In this document: positions 12,385-25,849 of the stretch, in pieces
How positions within the stretch are numbered: the stretch's first letter is position 1
Layout: each line of letters begins with the position of its first letter
Origin: Vicugna vicugna
Taxonomy: Eukaryota
Assembly (NCBI GenBank): GCA_013265495.1
Contig: MU058781.1
Location: 8,785,009 to 8,849,008, forward strand
Direction of reading: 5' to 3'
Length of the DNA: 64,000 nt
Translations under genes and position numbers: made by a program
The notes under the pieces: generated by a model
The model's input: the letters and a program-made list of their open reading frames with translations, nothing else
Databases searched by the model: none
Told to the model about the DNA's origin: nothing

Positions 12385-14315
12385 GATGGAGTCTGAATAA
12401 CGAGGCTCCTGAAAGTTGGTATTTTTTCTCTCCCACTTCAAATGCCAGAATTATTGAATGGAGACAAGAGAAATGTTCATGTGCTTTTCACGAGAAGACG
12501 GATGACAATCTTGAATATGCAAGGTCTACTTAATAAGAATTGAGCACTACCTGTGCTTATCAGATTTCGGTGGGCCCAAGTATAATTACTTGAAAACATT
12601 TAGTATTGATTAAAAGGGTCGTATTTAAGATAGGACTTATAAATACAGATTTAATTGAATGATTACAATGAATTCCTTCCTGAATCTTCATTGGTAGGCA
12701 AATGAGAAGACACACTGGACATGCCTCTTACCTAGATTTTAATACTAGCTGTGTTATAAACTAGCTATGTGATTTTGCATAAATATGTAATTTTTTCATC
12801 TTTACATTCTTTCTTTATGAAGATTAAAAGGAATAATGTATGTGGAAACTAAGAAGCATTATAAAACCTTTGGATATTACCATGTCTTTAGGGAGAAAAT
12901 TTCCTCCAGTTGACAGGAGGTTAACTTATATAATAAACATTTTTATCCTAAGTAACAGCCTTCTAATGAATAGACTCTCTATATTACATATTAAGTCTGA
13001 TTCCACTGAAATCTATCAAATCAAAGCAATTGTAATGTGACACAATATTTTTATTAAAATTTAAATACTCTTATTGCTTGGTTATTTTTCTAAGAAGAGT
13101 CTTCACTTAAATTTTCAGTGGAAGTACTGGTTCTGCTTCAGTAACTGGCATATTATTCATTCTTGTCATAGAAGTTGTATCCTTGTGTGTCTTGCTGAGG
13201 TGTACGTATCTGAAGGAGTACTAGTCATAGCATCTGTTGTAATGAATTGTTAAATTTCCTGGTTGTTTGTTGTTGCTGCCTCCTTTTCTAATAAACAAAA
13301 CTATATTAAATAAAAGGTCAAACACTGTAAATTAAAATCCAAGAGCTAAAATAAGCTGTAATGTGATAAAAATGCATATATCTGTGTGATTTGTGTGTAT
13401 GACGTGGTGTGTATAATGCTTTTGTTGAATTTAAGCCTCTCTAGGACAGAGTTCAAATTACACAGAGCTCAAAAACCTTTCCAAACATCTAGTACAAGAA
13501 GGAAATAAGGGTTTGGTAATCAGAATTGATGAAAGGACCAAAAATGGGTCAGATTTTGTAAAGAACCTATCGCAGTTCAGCACCTTTTAGAATTCATCCA
13601 AGTCTTTACGCATTCATTATAATTGAGTTATGTAAACTGATGATACTTTGCTTAATAAGGCTGCTTGCTAGTCATATCTAAACTGTTACTGCATATGCAG
13701 TCAATGAGATTTATTTAAATGGTTTAAGTGCTTCACTTAAAATCAACTTAAAACACAGATATTATTTTAATGTGTTATTTGCCCTGGTTTTGTTTGTACT
13801 CCCCTCCTCCACCAGTGTTTGAAATTCCTATCAGTCCTTTGAGCCACACCCAGCCCACCCACAAACTAGGCAGAGTTCTCTCCTGAGATTCTCTGTTTAT
13901 AGGGAGAAAGATGATGTCTCTGTGCCAGGGAGGTTGCGACTCTGGCGGCCGTGAGAACACACTTCTGGGCTGGCCTCAGGTAGAGCAAAGGTGCTGTGCC
14001 AGGAGGGGTGGAACAGTAGGGCCTCATTTCTGCCAAGAGATGGCCTTGGTGGTAGGGCATTCGGAGTTTAGTAACTTCAGCCTGGTTGAAAACAGTGTGA
14101 CTAATGCAATTATCACACCCACTCCCACTTCCCCCGAAGGTAAGCATTAATTATTTATGGTTATCAAGTCCTATCTCCTACATTCTCATGTTCTAAATTA
14201 GAAAAGTGTTTGTTATTCCTGGCTGTTGATTTCTAGATTCTGTTTTCACTTTCTTATTCTTCCTTATAATTCTTCTCCTAAAAGCTCTTCAACTGTTCTT
14301 TGTCCACATCCAACC

Positions 14316-14480
14316 CATTGTCTCCCAAATGTCTTTGATAAGAATCATCTTGGCTACTGGTAAACCTATAGTTTTCCAGACTCTTCCCATGGAGGGTCTG
14401 ATTCTGTGGGCCTGGGTGGAGCCTGGGAATTTGGATGTATAACCAGTACCTCAGGTAATTCTTACAGCTGACTTTGAGAG
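14316..14480. mobile_element. hAT-Charlie MITE (MER117/MER5-like)
   Basis: gataagaatcatcttgg...tctgattctgtgggcctgggtggagcctgggaatttg...cctcaggtaattctta. Confidence 0.7.
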
Positions 14481-14495
14481 TCTAGCTCAGTGGGG

Positions 14496-14613
14496 AGGGT
14501 GCCAGCTTTAGCAAATAAAAATACAGGAGGCTCATGGAACATACTTAAACCAAAAATTATTCATTGTTTATCTGAAGTTCAAATGTAACTTGATGTTTTA
14601 TCTGGCAATCCTA
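14496..14613. mobile_element. MER53 (hAT MITE) with internal deletion
   Basis: agggtgccagctttagcaaataaaaatacagga...ttattcattgtttatctgaagttcaaat...ttttatctggcaatccta; TIRs present. Confidence 0.8.
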
Positions 14614-14794
14614 GCTTTGGAGAAAATATATGTGTGCTGTAGAAGCAGCCATTTGAACTTGTAGCCTGGGGGCCAGATGAATTCTAGCCAGGATGTAGGA
14701 TTTTCTTGGACATAAAATGTAGGTGCCACTTTACACCTTCTATATGTCCAAATCTATGTCTATATGATTTGGTGGCTGTTATGATGAAGCGTGG

Positions 14795-15153
14795 TGTTAT
14801 GGGTCAAATTGTGTCCCTTCCCCCAAATTCATATGTTGAAGTCCTGACCCCCAGTACTTCGCCTTATTTGGTGATAGCATTGTTATAGAGTTAATAAAGT
14901 TAAAATGAAGGTATTTATATGGGCCTCAATCCAATATGGCTGGTGTCCTTATCAAAAGGGGAAATTCTGTTGACAGGCGTTCATATGGGGAGATGCAATG
15001 TGAAGATGAAGGCATCAATCAGGGTGATGCCAAGGAACCCTAAAGATTGCCAGTAACCTTGAGAGGCTGGGAGACAGGTTTCGGATTCTTTTTACAACCT
15101 TTGGAAGGAACCAGCCATGCAGACATCTTGGTCTTAGACCTCTAGCCTCCAGA
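14795..15153 (+). mobile_element. MaLR LTR (MLT1A/B/C-like)
   Basis: tgttatgggtcaaattgtgtccc...ccaaattcatatgttgaagtcctgacccccagtac; aatccaatatggctggtgtcctta; ctagcctccaga. Confidence 0.85.
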
Positions 15154-16689
15154 GTAGGAATTTCCTTAGCTCCAGTTTATGAATGAAAACTGAAGCTCAG
15201 TCAGATAAAGTGTTTTAGCATAGTCAAATAGTAGCTGCCAGAAGGAGGAACCAAGAATCAGGTCCAAATTCTCTGGTTCCAAGCTCTGTTCTATACTACT
15301 ACTAGACAAGAAAGATACTAACCAGTTGTGTAACTCCACGAAGGACTAGATGAGAGAAGAGAGCCTACTTATTTAGTTGGATTTGTTTCTTTGGTCTGGA
15401 ATTAAGTATTTTGGTTCGTATGCTCATTTTGCATATGTGCGCGTGACTCAGTAACCATTTTATGTGGCCAGGGTCACACAAGATGTCTTTGTTCTTGAGT
15501 TTTAGCAAGAATTAGAAGAATGTGATACAAATAAGGTTTTCATATTATTACAGGCAGTATTCTTTTTGCTCTGTTTTGCATTGAGACCAGAGTAGACATT
15601 GTCAGTTTTAATCTCTGGGTATTATATTCCTACTAGTGCTTAGCAGTTTCCCGAAAGGATTGCTGTCCATAAAATTTTTCTGATGCAGGAAATAATAAAA
15701 TTTTACTGCCCTCTTTTTCCTGTATCTTCCCCAACACCTGAGATTTGTAGTGCAGACTTATTCCTTTGAGTTTCTACTGTAATGTATCTAGTCCAGCATT
15801 TTAACAGTTAATGTTTGCTTAGTACATTGGAAAGGAGGATTTCTCACCAGAGGTGATTTCTGGCGTGCTGAGTGTGTGGCTTCTGAGATTTATTATTTTT
15901 ATGGGGTGGAGAAGTTTCTTCAGGCTATTTCTGTGAATGAGAGATCAAAGTCAGATGGATCTGACAAGTCTCCTTTGAGAAGGACCACCCAACAGTTTGA
16001 TAGTTCTTGTGTTTTTCTACCACATGGTGATTGATGTTCCCATGATCCACTGCCATTTTGTTTTGAATAAAAGTGTATGAAGAAGCCCCTGTTTCTGCTC
16101 TTGATTTTTACCAGAAAATTCATGGGTAATTTTACTATTATTATTATTGTTTCATTCAAATTCCTAAAAATTTCCAGTGTTCTTCTCCCTCCGCAACTCC
16201 CCCCAATTTCTTTTTAGCTACTATTTGTTTCTTTTTCCGTCACTAAAGTGGAGTTCAGTGAAAACTCTTTGATTCCCTGCCTCTGTGGAGAAACAGCAGG
16301 CTTTCCTGGATTGGGTCCTGGCATAAACTAGGAGACCAGCTTCACCTTCTCTTGAGGTAAAGTTGATCTCTTAGTTTCTGCTGGTGAATAGCTTCGTCAG
16401 GGAAGTGGTGTGTCGGTCTGGTCTTCAGTTCCTCACCTGGCGAGGACTCTAGATCCATGAGGAGTGGGGTTGGTGTTCTAATTTAGGAATAGCTGAATGA
16501 GGCAGGTAGTCAAGAGTGAAGTCAGAGGTAAAACCTTGTGAAGAACAGACAGCCCAGAAAGCAGGATATGAGTTGGAGGCCGGGGTGGTCAAGCAGGGGA
16601 ACTAAGAATCAGCCTTACTGCTGGGAAACCTTTGAGGATCTCACTTTCCGTCTTCTCGTGTGGGAGGTCACTCTTGATTTTAAAGGGTC

Positions 16690-16985
16690 CGTGTTTCACC
16701 CAAACATCACCTTCTCAGGGAAGTTGTCCCTGAGAGTCCTCTCTAAAATAGCACCCACCACCACCCATACCTCCATCTTTTAATGTCTTACCTAGATTTA
16801 CATTTATTCATAAGAATTTATCATGATCTGACTTATTATATATTTGTTCATTTTCTCTCTCCACTCTGCTCCAGCCCAGTGTAGATTCCATGAGAGTTTA
16901 GACTGGGTATTTTCTTAGTACTGTATCCCAGAGCCTAGAACTTAATACATGCTCAGTAGAAATTACTGTTGAATTTTTGGATGAC
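16690..16985 (+). mobile_element. LINE-2 3' end
   Basis: catcaccttctcagggaag...ctgtatcccagagcctagaac...catgctcagtagaaatt. Confidence 0.75.
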
Positions 16986-17595
16986 TGTCTTAATGGCAGA
17001 GATATCAACACTACCTGTCTGGTTCTGTATTATTTTCTGAAATGCTACTATTTAAAGCAGGTTTTAAAAATACTCTGCTACTACCACCACAGAACATAAT
17101 AATAGTTTTCTGTAGCTTCATATAGCCCCTTAAAAAGGTCTTTAGTAGTCATTTGAAGTAGTATTCAATTTTCCCACCTTTTTAATGTGAAGATTTTCTC
17201 ATAGCTATGGTACCACTTTTACAAAATGTACATGGTATTTGTATATCTAAAGCATTGTTCACCTCCAAACTCACACAATATGCCTGAAGATATTTTTTGC
17301 TTAGTTTATAATAGTGGTTGTAAAATTGGAGGTAGGGTAGTCTGTTTTATTCCTGCTTGTAGAATTTACTTGCTAACATATGAACGGACTTTACAGTAAG
17401 TTGTTTTCCCATCATATTTGCTGAATCTTTATTAAATTCTTAATCTTTGGCTAGCCAATATGTAAATATCTGAAATAATGTATTTATTATAAATTGATTC
17501 ACATTTTGAAAATCATACATGATTTAAAAATTGGGAAAACTTTAAAAGAAGTGATGAGAGCAGACATCTCTGCCTATTTCCTAATCTTAGGGTCC

Positions 17596-18011
17596 TATAT
17601 TAGAGTTCTCTAGAGAAATAGAACCAAATATACACACACTCACACACACTGAGTGAGTGAGTGAGTGAGTGAGTTATTGTTTGATGTAAGGAATTGGCTC
17701 ACATGCTTTTGGGGACTGGCAAGTCTGAAATCTGCAGGGCAGCCTGAAAATTCCAGCAGGAGGCAATGTTGCAGTCTTGAGTCTAAAGGCTGTTTAAATT
17801 CCATCCTCTTCTGGGAACCCTAGTCCTTTGTCTTAAAGCCTTCAACTGGTTAGAAGAGACTCACTTATATTATGGAGGGTAGTGTGCTTCACTCAAAGAT
17901 TTAAATGTTAATCACATCTAAAAAACACTTTCACACAACATCTAGACTGGTGTTTATCTGAACAACTGTACTATAGGGTAGACAAATGACAGGTAAAAAT
18001 TAACCATCACA
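17596..18011 (-). mobile_element. ERVL LTR (MLT2-type) with internal (CA)n(TGAG)n
   Basis: gagttctctagagaaatagaacc; aaggaattggctcac; ggcaagtctgaaatctgcaggg; ends aaaattaaccatcaca. Confidence 0.85.
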
Positions 18012-18014
18012 GGC

Positions 18015-18680
18015 AGTGTATGACACAATAGTCCCACTCTTGGTATTTACACCAGAGAAATGAAAATTTAAGTTTATATGAAAACATATAAATGAATGTT
18101 GATTTTATTTGTGATAACCCCATATGGAAACAACTCAGTTGTCTTTCAACAGATGAATGGATAAACTGTGTTCCATACAGTGGAATACTGCTCAGCAATA
18201 AAAAGGACCAAGGTATTGGTAGATGCAGCAACTTGACTGGATCTCAATAACATTATGTTAAAAAAAAAAAAAGACCCTGAATGACTTACTGTATAAGCTT
18301 ATATAAATTATCCTGAAATGACAAAATTATAGAGATGGAGAACAGATTAATGATTGCCGGAGTCAGGGTGGGAGGAGTAACGACTGTAAAGGGATGGTAG
18401 CATAAGGGAGTGTTCCTGAGGTGGTGGAACCGTTCTGTATGCTGGTTGTGGTGGGGGTTCCATGAATGAAAATTGTAGACCACCCCCTCCACCCAAATAA
18501 GAAGTGAGTTCACGGAAAAACTGGTGGACTCTAATAAGGCCTATAGTTGGGTTAACCAAATGGGAACAATGTCAGTTTGCTAGTCTTGATAATTGATATC
18601 GTTCCAAGAATCTGGTAAAGGGTTACAACTATTTTAGCAACTTCTGTGTGAGTCAAATTAATTAAACTAAAAGTTGTTTC
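18015..18680 (+). mobile_element. Old L1 ORF2 end and 3' UTR (L1MC/MD-class)
   Basis: cccactcttggtatttac..agagaaatgaaa; gatgaatggataaactgtg; tggaatactgctcagcaataaaaag; gacaaaattatagagatggagaacagatta. Confidence 0.85.
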
Positions 18681-19384
18681 AAAAGAAGGGAAAAGAAGAG
18701 AAAGATCTACAGATATTCGAAAATCACTGAAAATAACAAATAGGTGGGCATAGAGGCAGAAGAAATAACAACAGTAACGCCTAAAGCTGGACTGAGCATG
18801 GTGGCGGTGAAGCAGTGAGGAGGAAGACTAATGAAAGTATCACATGTGGAGACAGTAAACAGGGAGATCAGATGCAGAGGGTAGGGACCTCGTTGTGGAC
18901 CTCAAATGCATTTGAGGCATTTGAAACCTCACCTCCAATGGAGAAAATAGAGAGCTTTCATGAGATTTTTCACTAAGTTAGAACCCATTGTAATTTAAAA
19001 GGACAGTTACGTTTTAGGCCTGAAAAATTCAAAGCACGAAGAAGCTTGACATGCTGTGCTTTAATAAGTGAATAGAATATTTCACTGAAATACTCTAAAC
19101 ACTTTAGTCCATTGTGTCTGTTTTTGTTGCACGTTTGGTACACTTTTGTTCTGACATAGGTTTACCCTTAGTAAGATCTTCCTTTGAAGGAAGGACTTCC
19201 AGTAATAATTTGTAGAAGTTGACACAGCAATGCAATCAAATACCTTTCAAGTGGTAGGCTTTGGTACACACTTAGTAAACTCATGAGTGAGTAAAAGTTT
19301 ATAATACGATGTGCATTTGTTCTGTAATTGCTCATAGTTATATTCTTACAACACATAATTAAAAATTCTTTTTGTATATGTATG

Positions 19385-19711
19385 TGTCTTAACCAACAGA
19401 AGTTATATTCTGAAAGCTGGAAGCCCAAGATCAAGGTATTACCCTTGGTTTCTTCTGGGGCCTTTCTCCTCCGCTTGCAGATCACACTTTCTCTTTTCTG
19501 TGTGTGTGTGCCCCCGGTGTCTCTGTGTGTGTCTCAATTTCCTCCTTTTATAAGGACACTAGTCATATTGGATGGGGTCCAGCCTAAAGATTCCATTTTA
19601 ATGTAATTGCCTCTTTAAAGGCCCTGTTTCCAAATATAATTGTATTCTGAAGTGCTGGTGGTTAGGGTTTCAACATGTAGATTTTGAGAGTGACACAGTT
19701 CAGCCCAGAAC
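19385..19711 (-). mobile_element. MaLR LTR (MLT1A/B-like)
   Basis: gctggaagcccaagatcaagg; ttttataaggacactagtcatattggat; ctctttaaaggccctgtttccaaata; gacacagttcagcccagaaca. Confidence 0.85.
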
Positions 19712-19719
19712 AGCCATTG

Positions 19720-20030
19720 CGTTGCCTGCAAATACATTTTTCTTCCTTCTCGCTAACATATATGCCCTTTGTGTCTTTTTTCTGCCTCTGTTGTACCAGT
19801 TAGTCCCACCAGTAAAATGTTAAATAGAAATGGAGAGAAAAAAACATCCTTGACTTGTTCACAATCTCATAAGTGGAAAAGTATTCAGTTGTTTCCCATT
19901 AAATATGATGTACCCTATAGATTTTTTTTGTATATGCCTTGTAAGTCAGGTTAAGAAAATTTACTTCTATTCCTAGTTTGCTAAAACTTTTCATTTATGG
20001 GGGAGTATTTTTTTCAGATTCTTTGTCTGT
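19720..20030 (-). mobile_element. Old L1 ORF2 fragment
   Basis: aatgttaaatagaaatggagag...catccttg; ggttaagaaaatttacttctattcctagtttgct. Confidence 0.65.
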
Positions 20031-20074
20031 ATCATACTCCCTGGTAATTTACCTTGTTCTCAAATCTACTTTTT

Positions 20075-20790
20075 CTATTGTCTGATTGCCTACTCTTTCA
20101 CCAGTACCCTGTCTTGATGGCTATAGCTTCTTAGTAAGTCTTGAAGTTAAGTACCATCAGTCTTCCAACTTCGTTCTTCTTCTTCTTCGGCATTGTGTTG
20201 GCCACTCTGGGTCTTCTGCCTCTTCATATAAACTTTAGACAGTTTGGTGATAGCTTGCTGGGATTTTAATTGGGATTACATTGAATCTGTAGATCAATTT
20301 AGGAAGAACTGACATCTTGACAATATTGAGTCTTCATATTCATGAACATAGACTATCTCTCTATTTATTTATTTTTCTTTGATTTCATTTATTGGAGTTT
20401 TGTACTTTTCCTCATACAGATCTTACACATAGTTTGTTACATTTATACCTGCTTATTTCATTTTTTAGGGGATGCTAATGTAAATGGCATTATGTTTTAA
20501 TTTCAAATTCTGTTTGTTCATTGCTCATATGTAGGAAGATGATTGACTTTTATTTATTAATCTTGTATCCTACAGCCTAGCTATGATCACTTGTTATTTC
20601 CAGGAGTTTTTCTGTCGGTTCTTTTCAGATTTTCTTCTTGGATGCTCATCTGCAAATAAATACAGTTTAAGTTCTTCCTTCTCAATCAGTATTTCTTTTA
20701 TTTCCTTGTGTTGTCTTACTGCGTTAGATAGTACTTCCAACATGAAGTTGAAAAAGAGTGGTGAAGGAGGTTGCCTTGTACCTGACCACA
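20075..20790 (-). mobile_element. L1 ORF2 reverse-transcriptase fragment
   Basis: Minus-strand [46 protein letters not shown] (degenerate FADD motif). Confidence 0.9.
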
Positions 20791-20835
20791 CATTTTGAAA
20801 AGAGATTTAATATACCATTAAAATATCACAAGCTT

Positions 20836-20878
20836 AAATTGACACAACACTGTAAACTGACTATACTTCAATTATTAA
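20836..20878 (+). mobile_element. Extremely 5'-truncated L1 terminus (~43 bp)
   Basis: aaattgacacaacactgtaaactgactatacttcaa with TSD aaaatatcacaagctt (20820-20835) / aaaatatcataagctt (20879-20894). Confidence 0.8.
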
Positions 20879-21218
20879 AAAATATCATAAGCTTCACCTG
20901 ATTTAAAACTTTCTATGGCAAAGTACTTTTTAAAACATTATTTTTAAAAGGAAAGTGAGATTCATAATAATCTTTAATTTTGTTGGGAGATATGATTGTA
21001 GGTTAGATTTGGGGGACCATACTAAGTGAATCTGCCTATTTCCCCCAAATGGAAGAATTGTAGCACATATTCTTCCACATTCAAAAAAAAAAAAGCCACA
21101 AACAAGAAGAACACATGCTCATTCTGTGACTTTTCCTATATATAAGTACTGTGAAGTTTTGGGTGTGTGTTTCTAATCATTTTTAAGGCTTATACACTTG
21201 TCCCACCTAGCTGCCCAG

Positions 21219-21410
21219 GTTGGTTCCAGGACTCTTGCAGACACCAAAATCTGCAGATGCTCGAGTCCCTTATATAAAATTGGCTTGTACAGTTGGCCTT
21301 CCATAGCCACAGTTCCATATCCACAGATTCAACCAACAACAGGTCGGTTTTGGCCAGTGGTTGGTTGACTCCCCGGATGCAGAGCCCATGGATACCGAGG
21401 GCCCACTATG
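21219..21410. mobile_element. Tigger-family MITE (MER2-like)
   Basis: ttggttccaggac...accaaaatctgcagatgctcgagtcccttatataaaat; ggttggttgactccccggatgcagagcccatggataccgagggc. Confidence 0.8.
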
Positions 21411-22219
21411 TAAATGTATATTGTTTGTGTTAGGACTTTAGCCTAGAGGTGATAATTCTCTTACTTTTGCTTGTCAGTCTCTTTACTCACATATATTCCT
21501 GCCCCCAAGTAGAGTTTGCATATGGGAAGCTCCATAAAATGATGCTATGTTATGGAGCATTAAGAAGCAAGGATCAGCCCATCTTTGTTGTGTTTATCCA
21601 TCCACGGTTGGTCCTGAGGTAAGAAAGCATCGCCGGCACTTAGTTTTCATGGATGTTGCTACCCTCTAGTAGTGGCCTGTAGCAGTGTTGTGCATATCAT
21701 ACCCTGGAACCCTTCACTTTGTGGGTCAGAACGAAGTGTTCATATTACATATCACTTGAATACACATGTTTAGTGATGAGAGTGGTCTCCTGTGAAAACT
21801 CAGCAAAAACTCTTGTGAACGTAGTTGTTGAGTTACCAAAGGTAAAAAGAGAAAGGAAAGAAGAAAGGGAGGATTAAAGGGAACAGACTTCACTAAGGTG
21901 CAACATGTCAGTAAGGGGCCTAAAGCATCAGCTGTGCATGTACAATTTGGAAAAGGCTGAGGGTGACTAACAGCCATTGGAAATGTTGGCGCTGGGCAGT
22001 TAGGATCACTACAGATCTTCATCTTCATTATTTGTAATGGACTTAAATCATAGTTGGAGATATTGTTGTAGCCAAATCATATTTGTTTGCTATATTTATG
22101 ATTTAATTATTTGTTTTAAAACACATCTCATTTTGATGCTGAAGGGATGAATACTGTTCATTTCCTTCTTTATGCGGGTGTGGATTTGATCTTCAGTTTA
22201 TAGTCTCATACAGTTGGCA

Positions 22220-22672
22220 TTAGTTGTGTTTGCCGGCGGCTCAGTGCCTTTTGAACGCTTTGGCTATAAGCTAGGGTGTTTCCAGCCTTCGGAGAACCAC
22301 CTCCCTAGGAAGGAGCTCAGAAAATTCACCTCCTTTGCTCTAGCACTGGAACATGACCTAGGTTCCAGCAACAAGTCTGAATTCTGAAGTGAGCACCTTG
22401 AGGACAGAGGCTCCTCCTGTGATCTGTTTTTGCTAACCAGGGTGGCAGTAGCGGCAGCCTGCTTTTGGGAGTGGCAGTGCTTGCGGGGTCGAATTCTCGG
22501 TGTGGGAGAAACACTGATATTCGTGTTAGATCTGTTTTGTGCTATGTTGTACATTGTTCCTGGAAGCCTAGTATCGAGCCTTGTTCTTAGTTTCCTTTTA
22601 GTAAACTTCTTTTTCTGTGTGATTACTCAGAATCAGCTGTTGTTGCTTACAACGAAGAACTTGAATGGTATC
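22220..22672 (+). mobile_element. ERVL-class solo LTR (LTR33/LTR16-like)
   Basis: 3' end agtaaacttctttttctg...cagaatcagctgttgttgcttacaacgaagaacttgaatggtatca; ggaacatgacctaggttcc. Confidence 0.55.
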
Positions 22673-23519
22673 AGTTCTCAGTGAACACTGAGCATCTTAT
22701 TGAGGTGCCAGACTAAGTTTAGCTTGGCCGTGTTTCAGTGACAGGTGAAGGCACAGGGCAGGGTCTGGGCTCAGAATTTGTAAGAATGATACCATTTTTA
22801 GGTCTAGACCTAGAAAGGTAAGCCAAAAATGAGGAAGGAAGCCTGAGTTCAAGATAAAGGTGAGGGCCCACCACAGGAAAAGCTAACTCTAAGACAAGAT
22901 GACCATGGAGATCAAAGTTAGTGAAGTGAATGGAATATGTTAGATTCATGCCTGATTGACAGGTTGAAATATGTGTAATTTTTTTCTCAGCTTTTAGAAA
23001 ATTTTAGATTTCAATACTTTTCTTTGATTCTGACTCCCTTGATTATATTTCCAAGATTATAAGTCTTAAAAAGTTTCAAAGAATAAAGTTTGTTGTCTAC
23101 TGTATACAGAAGTAACAAAGCCAAAATTATTTTTGTTTTTCAGATACATACTTCCATCCACGCTTTACTTGGTTAGTTTTCAAATAATGATGCTGATTTT
23201 TCAATTACTAGTGAGAAATATGCCCAAGAAAGCACTTAAAATGAAAATACACTTCCAGAAATTGTAGACTTAAGAAGCTGTTACACACATACTCTTAGTT
23301 TAATAGATTTATCCTAATATTGAGAGTTTCACTTACTCCTTATAGGATTATTGACCCTTAATTGGAGAATAGGCAATCAGGAGGCAATGTTGCTTTATAA
23401 TATGGTCTAAACTGCTAAGTGTCTCTCTTTCTTGAAATTCAGATGATTGTCTTAGTTAAATCCTCTTTCATCTGTATGCGACTGAAAGTTTCCTTCTTAA
23501 AAATTTCTTACTAAAAAAT

Positions 23520-23700
23520 AAAATGATAATAATAAAAATAGCTTCCTTTATTTAGTGCTGATCCAGTGCAGTCACTGTCTTACTTATTTTACATAAATGA
23601 TGTATGAGCTGCACTATACCCAGCAAGACAAATTGTTACCCCTGTCTTATCAAGAATATAAGGCTCAGAGAGATTACTCTACTTGCTCACGGCTATCCAG
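23520..23700 (-). mobile_element. MIR SINE
   Basis: ataataataaaaatagct...tttatttagtgc; aggctcagagagatt...acttgctcacggc. Confidence 0.65.
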
Positions 23701-25849
23701 GGATATTTTAAGTTGATGTTTGAGAGTAATTTTAAATTAAACAAAAGGAGACTAAGGTGCTTTTCTAAAGAATCTTGACTTGTTATTTATCTTAAAACCT
23801 GATCTCAGAATCTTAAATAGAATGGCCCTGTGGCCCATCGTTGCTTGTATCTTCAGAGAATGGTTGTTCTTAACCTCTGGACCAACTTTGCGGCTTGATT
23901 TCACAGGCTATTTGTCTTTTAACAGCTGGCAATGACTACTAAGAATCACTTCATTTCACTTCCTATGGGTGAAGTAATTTCTCATAGATTTGAGCTGCAT
24001 TTTCTCCAGTTTCCATTCTCCACACATGGCCAAAACAGCAAATGAGTAAGAAAGTGCCGTGTCGACAGTTGAAACCTTCTGACTAGCTTCTCCCCAGTTA
24101 TAGATATCCCTACTATTCTCTTGTACTAGAAAGGAAAAATAAGTCAAACTTCTCAACTTTTTTTCTGATGCTGGGAGATGCCAGGCCTGTATGAACTTAC
24201 CTTAGAGGCCCTAATACATTTGTGCGCTGTAACTGTGAATGAAGTACATCAGATAGACATCCCAGTACTGGTGGACTTGAAAGTGTAGAGTATTTTGAAT
24301 AAAGGTTTGCAGGATTTTTGAACAAAAATCAAACTGGTTTTGTGGTAAAGGCATGCACTCTGAGCCAATGCAGAGAGAAAAATCGTATCAGATGTATTTC
24401 AGTCTTCTTGTGCTATTTGAGGAGCACACTTTGTATTCAAATAAATCATTTCCCCGCCAACATTCAAAGGATCTTTTTCTTCTCCAAAAATGGTCTTCTT
24501 CACCTGCCGTAACAAATCACATATTCAAAATGCAGACATAGAAGGAAAAAAATTTTTTTTAATTTTAGGCTATATAGAAATCCTGGTTTTAAAGTTTTTC
24601 TTTCTTTACCCTCTTGAGTATTCTCGATTGCTGGAAAGTTTGTATGGGGAGGAGGAAGGAACGTAACAAAACAGTGATCTCACCTTAAAAATACAGGAGT
24701 CGTGGAAAGGGTACAGAATCTAAATGAAGGCTGTAAGTCTTACATAATCATCTAGTAACATCTAATAGCATGTGTGTATATGTGGTATGTTGTGGAAAAT
24801 GACAGGCCAGCTCCTATAGTGGAAGAGAGGAGAGAGAAAACTGAAGGATCCTCAGTTTCCCTGCGCTCAGTGTTAGGCTTTACTTGTTTGAGTCAAACAA
24901 TCCCGTGCTTTTTCACCCAGAAAGATGGTCTGCAGTTTATAAGATGTAATTTAAGATTGTGATGAGACTAGAGAGACAGGAGTTGAATTTTGTAGCTTGA
25001 CTCTATTCAAGCAATAACTCTCACTTTGGAAGCTTTTGTTCACTAAAAAAGTAGGTTGTTTCAGTGAGTCTCAGTAATGCACAGAAATTTCCATCATTTA
25101 CCAAATGGTTTGTAATTTAAGCTGCATCTATATACCATTTGAGCTGGTTTATTAAAATGAATGAATAGCATAATTTATGTTTAAGGTTTTTGTCAAGCAT
25201 TAAGCACAGAAGTATTTGTTAGATGGGGTGGCATTTGACTCAGAAATGTTTTATTAAGGCAGACTAGAACTTACAAAAAAACATAGTGATCTTAAGAGAT
25301 ATTTAGAGGGGAAAAGCATGTATATATAAACTTAGATATTTTAGATGTTCAAAATTGTAATAGAGAAAATTGGTTTAGTAACACACTGACTTGTTATGTT
25401 AAACAGTTAACTCTCTAGCTTACATTATAAATACTTAGTGATATTCCGAGATGTACTTATTATAGAATATAATGTTGCAAGAGCAAAATTCCGAAGTACC
25501 TTTTCCAGTAAATTTTAGGGTACAATGATGTTTATTTTTAGATGAGGATGCATTTACATATCATTTTATGTCTAAATGAAGATGCATCTTATAATTGAGG
25601 GAATTTTATAATTATTTGAAAGCACTTTGTGTTTTTTTTCCCTTACAAGTACATTTTATAAAGTGCATTTTATTTTTCTTCCAGCTTTATTGATATATAA
25701 TTGACACATAACAGAAGGATATGTTTTACATTGTTGGTGTCTTAGATTCCATTATATCCAGTAATTATCTTTTAAATAGACACATCCATACATCATATAA
25801 ATGATAAGAATTGTGAAGATACTAGAACCTCAGCCAGTATTCAAAATAT

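Noticed and set aside
14496..14613. miR-1302-like microRNA from MER53
   Set aside because: A diverged mature-like segment (atggaacatacttaaaccaaa) remains, but the complementary arm is deleted, so no pre-miRNA hairpin can form.
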